A stretch of DNA of 64,000 nt from Alphaproteobacteria bacterium (GCA_965220745.1 CBDCQT010000012.1:384001-448000), one strand, 5' to 3'. Numbered from the stretch's first letter, positions 1 to 9,995 are shown. Notes: a model not told the origin generated them from the letters alone. A program made the numbers and translations.

Positions 1-573
1 TGGGACTACTTCCTCCACGATATCGAGACCTTCCACCACTCGCAGCAGATCGGCGTCTACGTCTACCGCGCGACCGAATGGTGGCGACCGATCGCCTGCG
101 TCTCGCCGGCCGAACGCGACTGGCTGGAGGAGAAGTATCCGGGCTGGAACGACACCTACGGCAAGTGCTGGGACGTGGTGATCGACAATATCCGGGGCGG
201 CCGCTTCGAGAAGACGGTGCCCGAGGTGCCGCCGCTGATCTGCAACATGTGCGGGCTGGAGGTGACCGGAATGGGCGGCGCAGGCCGCCAGGTGAACGGA
301 CGGCGTTGGAACGCCACGGATTTCCACCTCGACCACGCGGGCCGGCGCTATCACTTCTGTTCCGAGCCCTGCAAATGGGTCTTCGAGCTTGAGCCTACCC
401 GCTATCAGGGCCACCGCAGCATCATCGACCGCGTGTTGGACGGCACCGTGCCGCCGGGCCCCGATGCCTTCTACGAGTACATGGGCCAGAGCTTCGAGGA
501 ACGCGGCGTCTGCGGCTACGACTATCAGTGGGTCGACGGCTACGACCTGCCGCGCGCCGCGGCGGCCGAGTAG
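1..573 (+). CDS. Soluble di-iron monooxygenase hydroxylase alpha subunit, C-terminal part (TmoA/TouA-like, YHS domain); starts before the window
   Basis: Frame 1 is open from base 1 (WDYFLHDIETFHHSQQIG...ERDWLEEKYPGWNDTYGKCWDV...CNMC...YHFCSEPCKWVF), matching the TmoA-family C-terminus. Confidence 0.92.
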   Translation, partial: WDYFLHDIETFHHSQQIGVYVYRATEWWRPIACVSPAERDWLEEKYPGWNDTYGKCWDVVIDNIRGGRFEKTVPEVPPLICNMCGLEVTGMGGAGRQVNGRRWNATDFHLDHAGRRYHFCSEPCKWVFELEPTRYQGHRSIIDRVLDGTVPPGPDAFYEYMGQSFEERGVCGYDYQWVDGYDLPRAAAAE

Positions 574-582
574 GCGCGTATC

Positions 583-843
583 ATGGCCGACATCCCGCTC
601 GCCGTGCTGCTCGAGGGCGACTACGGCTACAAGGTGCAGGTGTTCGACACCGGCGACACCATGGCGGTGCTGGCGGAGAAGGTGGCCGACCAGGTCGCGG
701 GCGTCCTGGTGGCGCCGTTCCCGCCCGAGGCGGTTCTCAGGGTCCGCGTGCAGGGCAGCGCAGACCCGCTGCCCGACGAGCTGACCATCGCCGACGCCGG
801 CTTCGTCGAGATGGAGTCCGTGGAAATCTACCGCGCCGGCTGA
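583..843 (+). CDS. Monooxygenase gamma subunit (TmoB-like)
   Basis: 86 aa directly after alpha; PL..LEGDY...DT.DTM..LAEKVA pattern of TmoB. Confidence 0.85.
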   Translation: MADIPLAVLLEGDYGYKVQVFDTGDTMAVLAEKVADQVAGVLVAPFPPEAVLRVRVQGSADPLPDELTIADAGFVEMESVEIYRAG

Positions 844-874
844 ACCAGCCGCTGCGGGCAAGGAGAAGACGAGC

Positions 875-1168
875 ATGACGACGGCAGACGACGCCGGCAA
901 TCTCGTGGGCCCCGTGATGCGCGCGGGCGACATCGCCGACGCGGTGCTCGAAGCGATCCAGGAGGACAACGAGGGGCGCGAGGTCATCACCGAGGCTCAC
1001 GCGTCCTACATCCGAATCAAGGTCGCGGACGAGTGCTTCGTGCGCTTCGAGACGGTGGGCGACGTGCTCGGCCGCACCGTCACCCGCGGCGACATCGAGG
1101 CGAACATGCCGAGCTTCGCAGGGTTCATCCGCACCGAGCCGGACGGCATCCGGTTCGTCGCGCGCTAG
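875..1168 (+). CDS. Monooxygenase effector/coupling protein (TmoD/MmoB/DmpM family)
   Basis: VGPVMRAGDIADAVLEAI.EDN...YIRI...MPSFAGFI motif; AGGAGA RBS. Confidence 0.9.
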   Translation: MTTADDAGNLVGPVMRAGDIADAVLEAIQEDNEGREVITEAHASYIRIKVADECFVRFETVGDVLGRTVTRGDIEANMPSFAGFIRTEPDGIRFVAR

Positions 1169-1179
1169 GAGGCTGTACC

Positions 1180-2169
1180 GTGACGGTCGAAGTCAAAGGC
1201 ATGAAGACGTGGAGCGGCCTCGCCAAGAAGAGGCGGCGGCCCAGCGAGTACGAAGTCGTCACCACCAACCTGCAGACCCGCACGCGGCACCCGGACCAGG
1301 CCTACGAGCTCTCGCCGGCGCCGGACCTGGGGATGAACCAGTTCTACAAGCAGAACGTCTCCGAGAGCCCGCTGCAGCATCCGGACTGGGAGGGTTTTCG
1401 GGACCCGGACGAGATGATCTATCGCGTCTACACGCGGATTCAGGACCAGCAGGAGCAGTACGTCGACGGCCTGCTCGACGAGCACAACGAGATCGGCCAC
1501 GACGCGACGCTCAGCGACGCGTGGCTCGACGCGCTGGAGCGGCTCTACACGCCCCGGCGCTTCCTTCAGATGGCGCTCCAAATGGGCGCGGCCTACCTGG
1601 TGCAAATTGCGCCGGCGAGCACGATTACCGCCTGCGCCGGGTTCCAGGACGGCGACGAGTTCCGCTGGCTCTCCCGCTGTGCCTACCGGGCGCGCGAGCT
1701 TCAGCGCGCGCACCCTTCGCGCGGCTTCGGCCAGACCGAGCGCCGCACCTGGGAGGAAGAGCCTGCGTGGCAGGGCTTCCGCGAGCTGCTGGAGAAGACG
1801 CTTGCCACCTACGACTGGGGCGAGCACTTCGTCGCGCTCAACCTGGTAGCGAAGCCGGCGGCGGACGAGGCGCACCGGCAGCTCGGCCGCATCGGGCGCC
1901 GCTTCGACGACGGGCTGCTCGGGCTGCTCGCCGACAACCAGATGCGGGACAGCGAGCGCTCACGGCGCTGGAGCGCGGCGCTCGTCGCCTTCTCGCTGGA
2001 GAACGAGGCGAACGCCGCCGTCCTCAACGGCTGGATCGAGAAGTGGATGCCGCTCGCGCGCCAGGCGGTCACGGCCTACTGCGGCGCCCTGCCCGAGCAG
2101 GACGACGCGACGGACGCGGCGCTTGCCGCAGTCGAGGCCTTCCACCGGAGCTTGGGACTCGACGCCTGA
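1180..2169 (+). CDS. Monooxygenase hydroxylase beta subunit (TmoE-like)
   Basis: GTG at 1180 after AGGAGG; KTWS.L..RRRPSEYEVVT, W..FRDPD...Y, WQGFREL.EK.L..YDWGE motifs. Confidence 0.92.
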   Translation: MTVEVKGMKTWSGLAKKRRRPSEYEVVTTNLQTRTRHPDQAYELSPAPDLGMNQFYKQNVSESPLQHPDWEGFRDPDEMIYRVYTRIQDQQEQYVDGLLDEHNEIGHDATLSDAWLDALERLYTPRRFLQMALQMGAAYLVQIAPASTITACAGFQDGDEFRWLSRCAYRARELQRAHPSRGFGQTERRTWEEEPAWQGFRELLEKTLATYDWGEHFVALNLVAKPAADEAHRQLGRIGRRFDDGLLGLLADNQMRDSERSRRWSAALVAFSLENEANAAVLNGWIEKWMPLARQAVTAYCGALPEQDDATDAALAAVEAFHRSLGLDA

Positions 2170-2181
2170 GCCTCTACGCCC

Positions 2182-2886
2182 TCACCACGGGATGATGGTG
2201 CGCTCCGGCGCGTGCCAGAAGGCGGGCTGCGCGCCGGGCTCGACAGGCTCGACCTGATCGATTCGCTCGATCAGGGCGGCGGCGGCGTCCTCCGGCGGGC
2301 GCGCTTCCTGGCGCTCGTCGTCGAAGGTCATGGCGGTCGCCACCATGCCGGGGTGCAGGACCACCGCAGCGATGCCGCGCTGCGCGAGATCATGGGCGAG
2401 GTTGACCGCCACCATGTTGGCCGCGCACTTGGAGATGCGGTAGCCGTAGAGCCCGCCCGACTTATTGTCGCCGAGCGAGCCGATCCGGCTGGTGATGAAG
2501 GCGACCGTTGATCCGGGTTTCAGCTGGCCCAGCAGGGCTTCGGTCACGCGAAGGGGCCCGAGCGTGTTGACCTCGATTTGTCGGCGGATGGCATCGTAGT
2601 CGAGCGCGCCCAACGCGTCGCGCACCGCGATCCCGGCGTTGTTGATGAGCACGTCGATGGTGGTGTCCGTGCCGGCGAGCCTCCCCACGAGGGCCTGCAC
2701 CGCCTCGTCAGAGGTCACGTCCACGTCGGGCTCGACCCGGATGCCGAGCGCCCGTAGCGCGTCCGAGTCATCCAGGCAGGCCGCGATCACGGTGTCGCCG
2801 CGCGCGCGGTAAGCGCGGCAGAGCGCGTTGCCGATGCCGCGATCGGCGCCCGTGACCAGGACGACGCTCACGGCGCGGCCCGCCAC
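2182..2886 (-). CDS. Short-chain dehydrogenase/reductase
   Basis: TGADRGIG, INNAG and YRISK motifs; start may be GTG at 2871. Confidence 0.88.
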   Translation of the reverse strand: MAGRAVSVVLVTGADRGIGNALCRAYRARGDTVIAACLDDSDALRALGIRVEPDVDVTSDEAVQALVGRLAGTDTTIDVLINNAGIAVRDALGALDYDAIRRQIEVNTLGPLRVTEALLGQLKPGSTVAFITSRIGSLGDNKSGGLYGYRISKCAANMVAVNLAHDLAQRGIAAVVLHPGMVATAMTFDDERQEARPPEDAAAALIERIDQVEPVEPGAQPAFWHAPERTIIPW

Positions 2887-2901
2887 CCCGGCCGACGCCG
2901 C

Positions 2902-4917
2902 TTAGGCGACGCGGAGCGTGGGCTGCTCGTTGCGCGCCTGCCCCGGCACCTCCCAGTGGGCCGCGGTGCGGCGCCGCAGCATGTCGCGGAACTGCCGGGT
3001 GGTGTTGGGCAGAAGCTCGCCCGTGCCCCAGTCCACGATCACGCCGTACTGTCGGATCAGGTCGAGCGCGTCGAGCTCCTTGCTGCGGTACTTGGCCGCG
3101 ATGTCTTCCGCATCCACGTCGAGCCAGGCGTGGCGTTGCGCTCGGATGCGCTCGCGCTCGGCCGCGGTCGCTGCCTCGTCCACCTCGTATTCGGCGAGGT
3201 CGGCATCGATCTCGCGGACCACGACGCCGTAATCCTTCTTCGCCCGCTCGATGGAGACGTAGCCGTCGGCCACGTCCTCGCACACGGTTGCGGGATCGCG
3301 CGTGAGGGGGTCGCCGAGGCCGCCGCCGCCGGCGGACGGCCGGGTCACGGTATCGCCGGCCTCCACCGGCACGCCGGAGAAGATCGAGCCCAGGTAACGC
3401 TCGCCCTGCGTGCCGGGATTGACCCAGACGCCGTGCGGAATCGAAGGCAGCCCGCCCCAGAGGCCCCAGGTCACCGAGCGCTCGCGGTCGCAGCAGTAGG
3501 AGACCACCGAGCGCTCCGCCTTGGTGAGGATCGCGCCCTTCTCGACGCCGAGGCCGCCGCGCGAGTTGCCCGGCCCGCCGGAATCGACGATGAGCTCGTG
3601 GCCGGTGGTCAGCACCGGGGCGAGCCGCTCCTGCCCCTCGAAGGGCTGGGTGCCGAGCTGGACGCCGAAGACCGGCCCGGTGGCGCCCCAGCCGTCGCGG
3701 CCGTTGCGCGCGCCCCAGCCGCCCACCATCCAGTCGTACCACATGAAGTAGGGGCGGTCCTCCTTGCGGCCGTCGCGCCCGCCGATCAGCAGGTATTCGA
3801 GGTTGAAGGTGCAGGCCATGGCGCGCTCGGGCAGGATTTCGGCCCAAAGCTCGAACACCGAGTTCATGATCTTCTCGAAGGGGCCCGAGCAGAAGCCGGC
3901 AACCGGCGTCGGCCAGTCCGCGTTGACCACGGTGCCCTTCGGTCCGAGGTCCACGGTGACCACCCGGTAGAAGCCGGAGTTCAGCGGGATGTCGGGCGAT
4001 TGCATCTTGGTGCCGGCGACGATGGCCGCGAACGCGCCGCCGTAGCAGCAGTTGAGGAAGGTCGAGATCGTCTTCGGGTGCGAGCCGGAGAGGTCGTAGT
4101 GCACGCTGTCGCCGTCGATGGTCATCTTGATGCGGATCGGGATCAGCCCCTCGCCGGCGACCGGGTCCACGTCGATGTAGTCCTCGGTCTCCCACACGCC
4201 GTCGGGCAGCCTGGCGATGCGCTGGCGGGTCAGCGTCTCGACGTAGTCCTGCACTTCGGCGAAGGAGGTCTGGATCACGTCGACGCCGTACTTGTCACAG
4301 AGCCGGCCGACCTCCCGCTCGGCGACGTTGCAGGCCTCCGCCTGGGCCTGGAGGTCGCCGATGATGTCGGCGGGCGCGCGGGTGTTGTTGGCGATCAGCT
4401 CGGCCACGTCGGAGAGGTATTCGCCCTTGCTGTAGACCCGGACCGGCGTGATGCGCAGCCCCTCGGCCATGTGGTCGAGCGCGCTCACGTTGAAGGAGCC
4501 CGGCACCGCGCCGCCGACATCGGCCCAATGCCCGTTGGCCTGGGAGAAGCCCAGGTGGATGCCCTTGTAGAAGATGGGGCGGACGATGCGCGTGTCGTTG
4601 AAGTGGGTGCCGCCCTGGTAGACATCGTTGACGACGAAGGTATCGCCGGGGTGGATGTCATCGCCGAACTTGTTGATGACGGCCTGGGCGGTGTAGTGCA
4701 GCGTGCCCACGTGGGCGGCGATGTCGCCCGAGCCCTGCATGATGGTGTTGCCTTCGGTGTCGCAGATCGCCGAGGAAAAATCCCGGGACCAGATCACGAA
4801 GGAGTAGCAGGTGCGGAAGATCTGCTCCGCCATCTGGTCGACGATGTTGACGTAGGCGTTCTTGAGCACCTCGAAGGTCACGGGGTCGAGCGTGTAGCCT
4901 TCTCCGTTCTTGCTCAT
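2902..4917 (-). CDS. Hydantoinase B/oxoprolinase family subunit
   Basis: LDPVTFEVL, RDFSSA, NDVYQGGTHFND, GHWADVGGAVPGS, DSGGPG..RGGLG, GGGGLGDP; ATG at 4917 after GAGGAAGAG. Confidence 0.93.
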   Translation of the reverse strand: MSKNGEGYTLDPVTFEVLKNAYVNIVDQMAEQIFRTCYSFVIWSRDFSSAICDTEGNTIMQGSGDIAAHVGTLHYTAQAVINKFGDDIHPGDTFVVNDVYQGGTHFNDTRIVRPIFYKGIHLGFSQANGHWADVGGAVPGSFNVSALDHMAEGLRITPVRVYSKGEYLSDVAELIANNTRAPADIIGDLQAQAEACNVAEREVGRLCDKYGVDVIQTSFAEVQDYVETLTRQRIARLPDGVWETEDYIDVDPVAGEGLIPIRIKMTIDGDSVHYDLSGSHPKTISTFLNCCYGGAFAAIVAGTKMQSPDIPLNSGFYRVVTVDLGPKGTVVNADWPTPVAGFCSGPFEKIMNSVFELWAEILPERAMACTFNLEYLLIGGRDGRKEDRPYFMWYDWMVGGWGARNGRDGWGATGPVFGVQLGTQPFEGQERLAPVLTTGHELIVDSGGPGNSRGGLGVEKGAILTKAERSVVSYCCDRERSVTWGLWGGLPSIPHGVWVNPGTQGERYLGSIFSGVPVEAGDTVTRPSAGGGGLGDPLTRDPATVCEDVADGYVSIERAKKDYGVVVREIDADLAEYEVDEAATAAERERIRAQRHAWLDVDAEDIAAKYRSKELDALDLIRQYGVIVDWGTGELLPNTTRQFRDMLRRRTAAHWEVPGQARNEQPTLRVA

Positions 4918-4939
4918 TGTCTCTTCCTCGCTCTCTGCG

Positions 4940-6994
4940 TCAGCCTTCGGCCTGCGGGATGTGCATGACGATGGTGTGCCAGGGGTCGACCTCGGCCTTG
5001 AGGCCGGGCGGCACCAGCACCGTTGAATCGAGCTGCTCGATGATTGCCGGCCCTTCGACCACCGCGCCGGCATGCAGGGCGTCGCGGTCGTAGATGGGCG
5101 TCATGATCGGATCGGGCGCCTCGTCGAAGACCACCAGCCGCTCGGTCTCGGGCTCCGGCGCCGAGCGGTCCATCTCTTCCCTGGCGAACTCGGCCTTCTG
5201 CGAGAGCCCGGTGGCGGTGACGGTGAGGCGGTAAATCTCGACCGGCGCGTCGGGCCTGGAATAGTTGTGCTCGCGGCCGTGCTCCTCGTGGAACTGGGCG
5301 ATCGCCGCATCCAGCGAGCCGGCAGTCGCGTCCACCTTGATCGACATGGAGCGCCACTGGCCGAGATAACGCATGTCGACGAAGCGCTCGAACTGCATGC
5401 GGTCTTCGGTCACGCCCTCGTGCAGCAGCCGCTCGCGGCCTTCGTCTTCCAGCGTGCTGAAGGTCTGCTCGATCTCCTCGACCTTCGCCTCGTCGGTGGA
5501 GCGCAGATACATCTGCGACATGTCGTGCTTGATATCCACCAGCAGGCAGCCGAGGGCGGACGTGACGCCGGGGTTCGGCGGCACCAGCACGGTCGGGATC
5601 GAGAGGTCGCGGGCGAGCGCCACGCCGTGCAGCGGCCCGGCGCCGCCGAAGACGGTGAGCGCGAAGTCGCGCGGGTCGTAGCCCCGCCGGATCGAGACCA
5701 GGCGCACGGCGTCCGCCATGTTGGCGTTCGCCACCTGGAGGATGGAGACCGCAGCCTCCTGCACCGTGAGCCCGAGCGGGTCGGCGATGCGGCGCTTGAT
5801 CGCCTCCTCGGCGAGCGAGCGGTCCAACGTGACCGCACCGCCCGCGAGCCGGTCGCTGATGCGGCCGAGAACGATGTTGGCATCGGAGTTGGTGGGTTCC
5901 ACGCCGCCCCGGCCGTAGCAGGCGGGTCCGGGCGACGAGCCCGCCGACTGCGGCCCGTTGCGGAGCGAATTGGCCTCGTCGATCCAGGCGAGCGAGCCGC
6001 CGCCCGCGCCGATGGTCAGCACCTCGATGCTGGGGAAGCAGATCGGGTAGCCGTACTGCACGTACCAGTCGGTGGTGACGCGGAGGTTGCCCCGGTCGCA
6101 GAGCGAGACGTCGGTGCTGGTGCCGCCCATGTCGAGGCTGATGGAGTTCTCGTAGCCCGCGAGCTGGGCGACGAAGCGGCTCGCGATGGCGCCCGCCGCG
6201 ATGCCCGAGGCGGCGAGCCGGGCCGCGAATTTCGATGCCGTGCTCTCGGTCATCACGCCGCCGCCGGAGTGCAGCAGCAGGATGTCCTCCTCGTAGCCGC
6301 CTTCGCGGAGCCGCGTAGCGAGCCGGCCCACGTAATCGCCGGCAACGGGGGCAAGCACCGCGTTGGCCACGGTCGTGGAGAAGCGCTCGTGCTCGAAGAT
6401 CTCGGGCATGATCTCGCTGGAGAGCGAGATGGACGCGCCGGGCACTTCCTCCTCGAGGATGTCGCGCATGCGGCGCTCGTTCTCGGGGTTGGCGAAGGCG
6501 TTGGCGAAGCAGACCGCGATGGTCGTAACCCCGCGCTTGTTGATGATGCGCGCAGCCTCGCGCGCCTCGGCCTCGTTCACTGGCTCGATGATCGTGCCGC
6601 TGTAATCGATGCGCTCGCTGACCACCAGGCGGTTGCGGCGCTGGATGTAGGGCGGCGCCATCTCCTTGTAGGTGTCCCACAGGTCGTCGCGGGTGCCGCG
6701 CCGGATCTCGATCACGTCGCGGAAGCCCTTGGTGGTGACCATGATCGCGGGCGGGAAGTTGCGCGTGATCAACGCGTTGGTGGCGAGCGTGGTGCCGTGG
6801 GCGAAGAGCACCATGTCCTGGAGGTCCACCCCGCCGGCCTTGATGCCCTCTAGCACGCCGTCGATCGGATCCGGCGTCGTCGGGGTCTTGGCGACGCGCA
6901 TCTGGCCGCTCGCTTCGTCCAGGACGCACACGTCGGTGAAGGTGCCACCGACATCGCACGCGACGCGAACGGCCGCCCTCGAAACGTCATTCAT
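4940..6994 (-). CDS. Hydantoinase A/oxoprolinase family ATP-binding subunit
   Basis: DVGGTFTD, HGTTLATN, DMGGTSTD, IGAGGGS, GPQSAG..PGPACY and FGGAGPLH motifs. Confidence 0.94.
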   Translation of the reverse strand: MNDVSRAAVRVACDVGGTFTDVCVLDEASGQMRVAKTPTTPDPIDGVLEGIKAGGVDLQDMVLFAHGTTLATNALITRNFPPAIMVTTKGFRDVIEIRRGTRDDLWDTYKEMAPPYIQRRNRLVVSERIDYSGTIIEPVNEAEAREAARIINKRGVTTIAVCFANAFANPENERRMRDILEEEVPGASISLSSEIMPEIFEHERFSTTVANAVLAPVAGDYVGRLATRLREGGYEEDILLLHSGGGVMTESTASKFAARLAASGIAAGAIASRFVAQLAGYENSISLDMGGTSTDVSLCDRGNLRVTTDWYVQYGYPICFPSIEVLTIGAGGGSLAWIDEANSLRNGPQSAGSSPGPACYGRGGVEPTNSDANIVLGRISDRLAGGAVTLDRSLAEEAIKRRIADPLGLTVQEAAVSILQVANANMADAVRLVSIRRGYDPRDFALTVFGGAGPLHGVALARDLSIPTVLVPPNPGVTSALGCLLVDIKHDMSQMYLRSTDEAKVEEIEQTFSTLEDEGRERLLHEGVTEDRMQFERFVDMRYLGQWRSMSIKVDATAGSLDAAIAQFHEEHGREHNYSRPDAPVEIYRLTVTATGLSQKAEFAREEMDRSAPEPETERLVVFDEAPDPIMTPIYDRDALHAGAVVEGPAIIEQLDSTVLVPPGLKAEVDPWHTIVMHIPQAEG

Positions 6995-7100
6995 TCCTAA
7001 CGGTCCTCTCCCTTATGTCCCTGCAACCGAAGGCTGCCGCCGCGCGCGGCGGCACAGCTTATGCGGAAGGCGCCCCGAGACCTAGAGCGAGAAAATCGCC

Positions 7101-7979
7101 CTAACACTTGAGGATGCGGCGGGCATTCTTGCCGGCGATGGCGGGGCGGAGCGCGGTCCACGCGTTGAACAGCGCCTCGTGAGCCTGCCAGGTTTCGTGG
7201 CTCAGGATGCGGACAATCACCAGGTCGCCGATGCGGGTGACGCCGGCCTCGGTGCCGTCCACGCCCGAGATCGCCTCGTGCACGTCGTCCTCGACATCCG
7301 GTGGCAGGTCCGGCGCGTAGCCGAACGCCATTGCCATGTGCAGCCGGCCGAGCCAGAGCCGCTGCAGCGCGGCGATGGTCTCGGGCGTGGTCGCCACCAG
7401 GCGGTCGAGGGCGACCAGGCGGCCGCCGATGACGATGCGGAACTCCGAGACCAGATGGTGGAAGCGGAAGACCTCGCCGTCGCCGTAGTGCACGCGGCCG
7501 GCCGAGACCATGTCGGTGGCGAAGAGCCGGGACGAGGGCTCCAGCGCGATCCGGTTGAGCCGGTGCACCCGGCTGCGGGCGAAGGGAATCGCCTCGTCCG
7601 GGCAGAACTCCAGCAGCGCGTCCGCGCCCACGTGGAGGTCCACGATCTCGCGCGAGACGGCGCCGTCCGGGCACTTGTAGAACTTGCTCGACGCGGTGGT
7701 GGTGAAGAGGGCGCGGGTGCCGGGCTCCAGCACGCCGTGGAAGTGCGAGACGTCGCCCTCGACGAAGCCGCCGCCGCTGTTCACCAGCAGCATGAACGGC
7801 TGGTCGTCGTGGTCCTGGTAGTGGTAGCCCTGCCACTGGAACGGGATGCGCCAGCAGAGCGGGTCGATTTCCGTGCGGCCGAGCCTGCTCGACGCGCGGA
7901 CGTTCATCAGCGCGTACTTACCGACGATCCATTCGGGATCAGGCTGTACCGGCGCGCTGCTCGGCTCCGTCATGCCCAT
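7101..7979 (-). CDS. ureD: Urease accessory protein UreD/UreH (divergent)
   Basis: [35 protein letters not shown] motifs; overlaps ureG. Confidence 0.85.
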   Translation of the reverse strand: MGMTEPSSAPVQPDPEWIVGKYALMNVRASSRLGRTEIDPLCWRIPFQWQGYHYQDHDDQPFMLLVNSGGGFVEGDVSHFHGVLEPGTRALFTTTASSKFYKCPDGAVSREIVDLHVGADALLEFCPDEAIPFARSRVHRLNRIALEPSSRLFATDMVSAGRVHYGDGEVFRFHHLVSEFRIVIGGRLVALDRLVATTPETIAALQRLWLGRLHMAMAFGYAPDLPPDVEDDVHEAISGVDGTEAGVTRIGDLVIVRILSHETWQAHEALFNAWTALRPAIAGKNARRILKC

Positions 7980-8583
7980 CCATCAGGAGAACGTCGCGCT
8001 CGATCCAGGCGATCACTTCGGCAAGGCCATCGCCGGCGCGCAGGTTGGTGAAGAGGAAGGGCCGCGTGCCCCGCATCTTCCTGGAATCCCGCTCCATCAC
8101 GCCCAAGTCGGCGCCCACCATCGGTGCGAGGTCGATCTTGTTGATGACCAGCAGCGGCGACTTGGTGATGCCGGGCCCGCCCTTGCGCGGGATCTTGTCG
8201 CCCTCGGCCACGTCGATCACGTAGATGTAGCTGTCCACCAGCTCGGGGCTGAAGGTCGCCGCGAGGTTGTCGCCGCCGCTCTCGACGAAGACGATGTCGA
8301 GGTCGGGATGCAGCGCCGCCATCTCCTCGATGGCATGCGCGTTCATCGAGACGTCCTCGCGGATGGCGGTGTGCGGGCAACCGCCGGTCTCGACGCCGGC
8401 CACGCGCTCGGGCGCGATGGCGCCCGACTTGATGACGAATTCGGCGTCTTCCTTGGTGTAGATGTCGTTGGTGATGGCGGCCAGCGAGTGGTCCGGCCCC
8501 ATGCTGCGGCAGAGCGACACCAGCAGCGCCGTCTTGCCCGACCCCACCGGCCCGCCGATGCCGATCCTGACCGGCTTGCGCAT
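7939..8583 (-). CDS. ureG: Urease accessory GTPase UreG
   Basis: [41 protein letters not shown]. Confidence 0.96.
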   Translation of the reverse strand: MRKPVRIGIGGPVGSGKTALLVSLCRSMGPDHSLAAITNDIYTKEDAEFVIKSGAIAPERVAGVETGGCPHTAIREDVSMNAHAIEEMAALHPDLDIVFVESGGDNLAATFSPELVDSYIYVIDVAEGDKIPRKGGPGITKSPLLVINKIDLAPMVGADLGVMERDSRKMRGTRPFLFTNLRAGDGLAEVIAWIERDVLLMDGHDGAEQRAGTA

Positions 8584-8658
8584 CCGCAAGTCTCCCCGTT
8601 TTCCTGCGTCTAACGTCGCGTTTCCGAAACGAAAGAGCAGAGTGCTCCCGTCCCCGTC

Positions 8659-8750
8659 TCGTCATGGCCGGGCTTGACCCGGCCATCCACTCGCGCATCC
8701 CGGTCTTGCTTGGACCGACTGGATGCCCGGATCAAGTCCGGGCATGACGA
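8659..8750. repeat. Alphaproteobacterial intergenic palindromic (REP/RPE-like) element
   Basis: TCGTCATGGCCGGGCTTGACCCGGCCATCCA ... TGGATGCCCGGATCAAGTCCGGGCATGACGA: two self-palindromic arms that are inverted copies of each other. Confidence 0.85.
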
Positions 8751-8800
8751 CAGGAGGTCGATGGCACCCGTGCGCATTTTCAAGACACGACGCCAGACTA

Positions 8801-9499
8801 TCACGACATGCAAAGCCGCGTGTGCAGGCGCTCGTGCCGCATGCTGGCGACATCGAGGCCGGCGGTGGCGCTCCCGAGAGCGTCCAGCTCCATGGCGCAG
8901 GCGTCCTCGGTGCCTTGGGTCAGCAGCGGCCAGGCCTCCTTCACGATGCGCTGGCTCTCGATCTGGCCGAGCGGGATCAGCCGCGCGCCGACGCTGACGA
9001 GGTTGGAGAGCGCCGCGTGAAGGAAGGCGAGCACCGCGTCCGCCGTGCCGATGCCTTGCGCCTCCGCCGCCGCGCCGAAGATCACCGCCTGATGGCCCTC
9101 GCAGCGCCCGTCGCGCACAGCCTCTGCAAAGGGCGCGAGGGGCTCGCCCGAGAAGACGTCGCGGTAGGCGCCGAGCAGCGCGCGGCCGGTCTTGAACGAG
9201 GCCTCGCGCGCTTCCCGACTGAGCTTGAGCGCGCCCACGATGCGGTCGAGGTCCACCAGCCCGTCGAGATCGCCTGCGGCGGCGCGGCGGTGGGCGTGGG
9301 CGACTGCGGCGCCATCGGTGGGCGCGGCGGCGTAGCGGAGCCAGTCCCGGCAGGCTCCCTCGAAGCTTGCGGCGTCGTCCAGCGCGCCCGAGTCGATCCA
9401 GGTCTCAAAGCCGTAGGAATGGTTGAACGCGCCGGTCGGGAACGAGGCGTTCGCCACCTGCAGCAGGTAGAGGAGCCGGTCCGGCGCGTCAGTGGTCAT
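8801..9499 (-). CDS. ureF: Urease accessory protein UreF
   Basis: LLQVANASFPTGAFNHSYGFE, RLIPLGQ, C-terminal HERLHTRLCMS; start 9499 or 9511. Confidence 0.92.
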   Translation of the reverse strand: MTTDAPDRLLYLLQVANASFPTGAFNHSYGFETWIDSGALDDAASFEGACRDWLRYAAAPTDGAAVAHAHRRAAAGDLDGLVDLDRIVGALKLSREAREASFKTGRALLGAYRDVFSGEPLAPFAEAVRDGRCEGHQAVIFGAAAEAQGIGTADAVLAFLHAALSNLVSVGARLIPLGQIESQRIVKEAWPLLTQGTEDACAMELDALGSATAGLDVASMRHERLHTRLCMS

Positions 9500-9971
9500 G
9501 GTGATGGCCATGGTGATCGTGGTGATGGTGGGCGCCGTGGGCGCCGTATCGGCGGCCGACGAAGGGGATCGTGCGTTCCTCGTAGGCGATGCCGAGGCGC
9601 ATGAGCAGGTCGGCCACCATGGGATCGGCCGGGGTCAGCATCCCCTCGTCGGTGAAGCGGACGGGCCGGTGCAGGTTGCCGAGCTGATAGCCGGCGACGC
9701 CCCAGGTGTAGGCATCGTCCGGGCTGACGACGTAGAGCGCCTCCGGCGCGGCGCGCGCCACGACCGCCGTGGTGCCCTCCAGCGCCAGCACGTCGCCGTC
9801 GTTGATCTCGGTGCCGCGCGGGAGCGAGATGCGCACGTCGCGCCCGCCCTCGGAGCGCCCGACGAGATGGGCGCTGGCGCGTTCCTCCGAGTTGAGCAGG
9901 ACCGGGTCCTCGCTCTCGATCTTCTCGCGCAAGGTTTCGACCGTGCCGAGGACCGCGGTGACGACCGCCAT
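9489..9971 (-). CDS. ureE: Urease accessory nickel chaperone UreE
   Basis: LPRG...DGDVL, YQLGNLHRP, His-rich tail AHGAHHHHDHHGHHHDH. Confidence 0.9.
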   Translation of the reverse strand: MAVVTAVLGTVETLREKIESEDPVLLNSEERASAHLVGRSEGGRDVRISLPRGTEINDGDVLALEGTTAVVARAAPEALYVVSPDDAYTWGVAGYQLGNLHRPVRFTDEGMLTPADPMVADLLMRLGIAYEERTIPFVGRRYGAHGAHHHHDHHGHHHDH

Positions 9972-9995
9972 GCGTGCCGTCGCCTCTGCCGCCCC

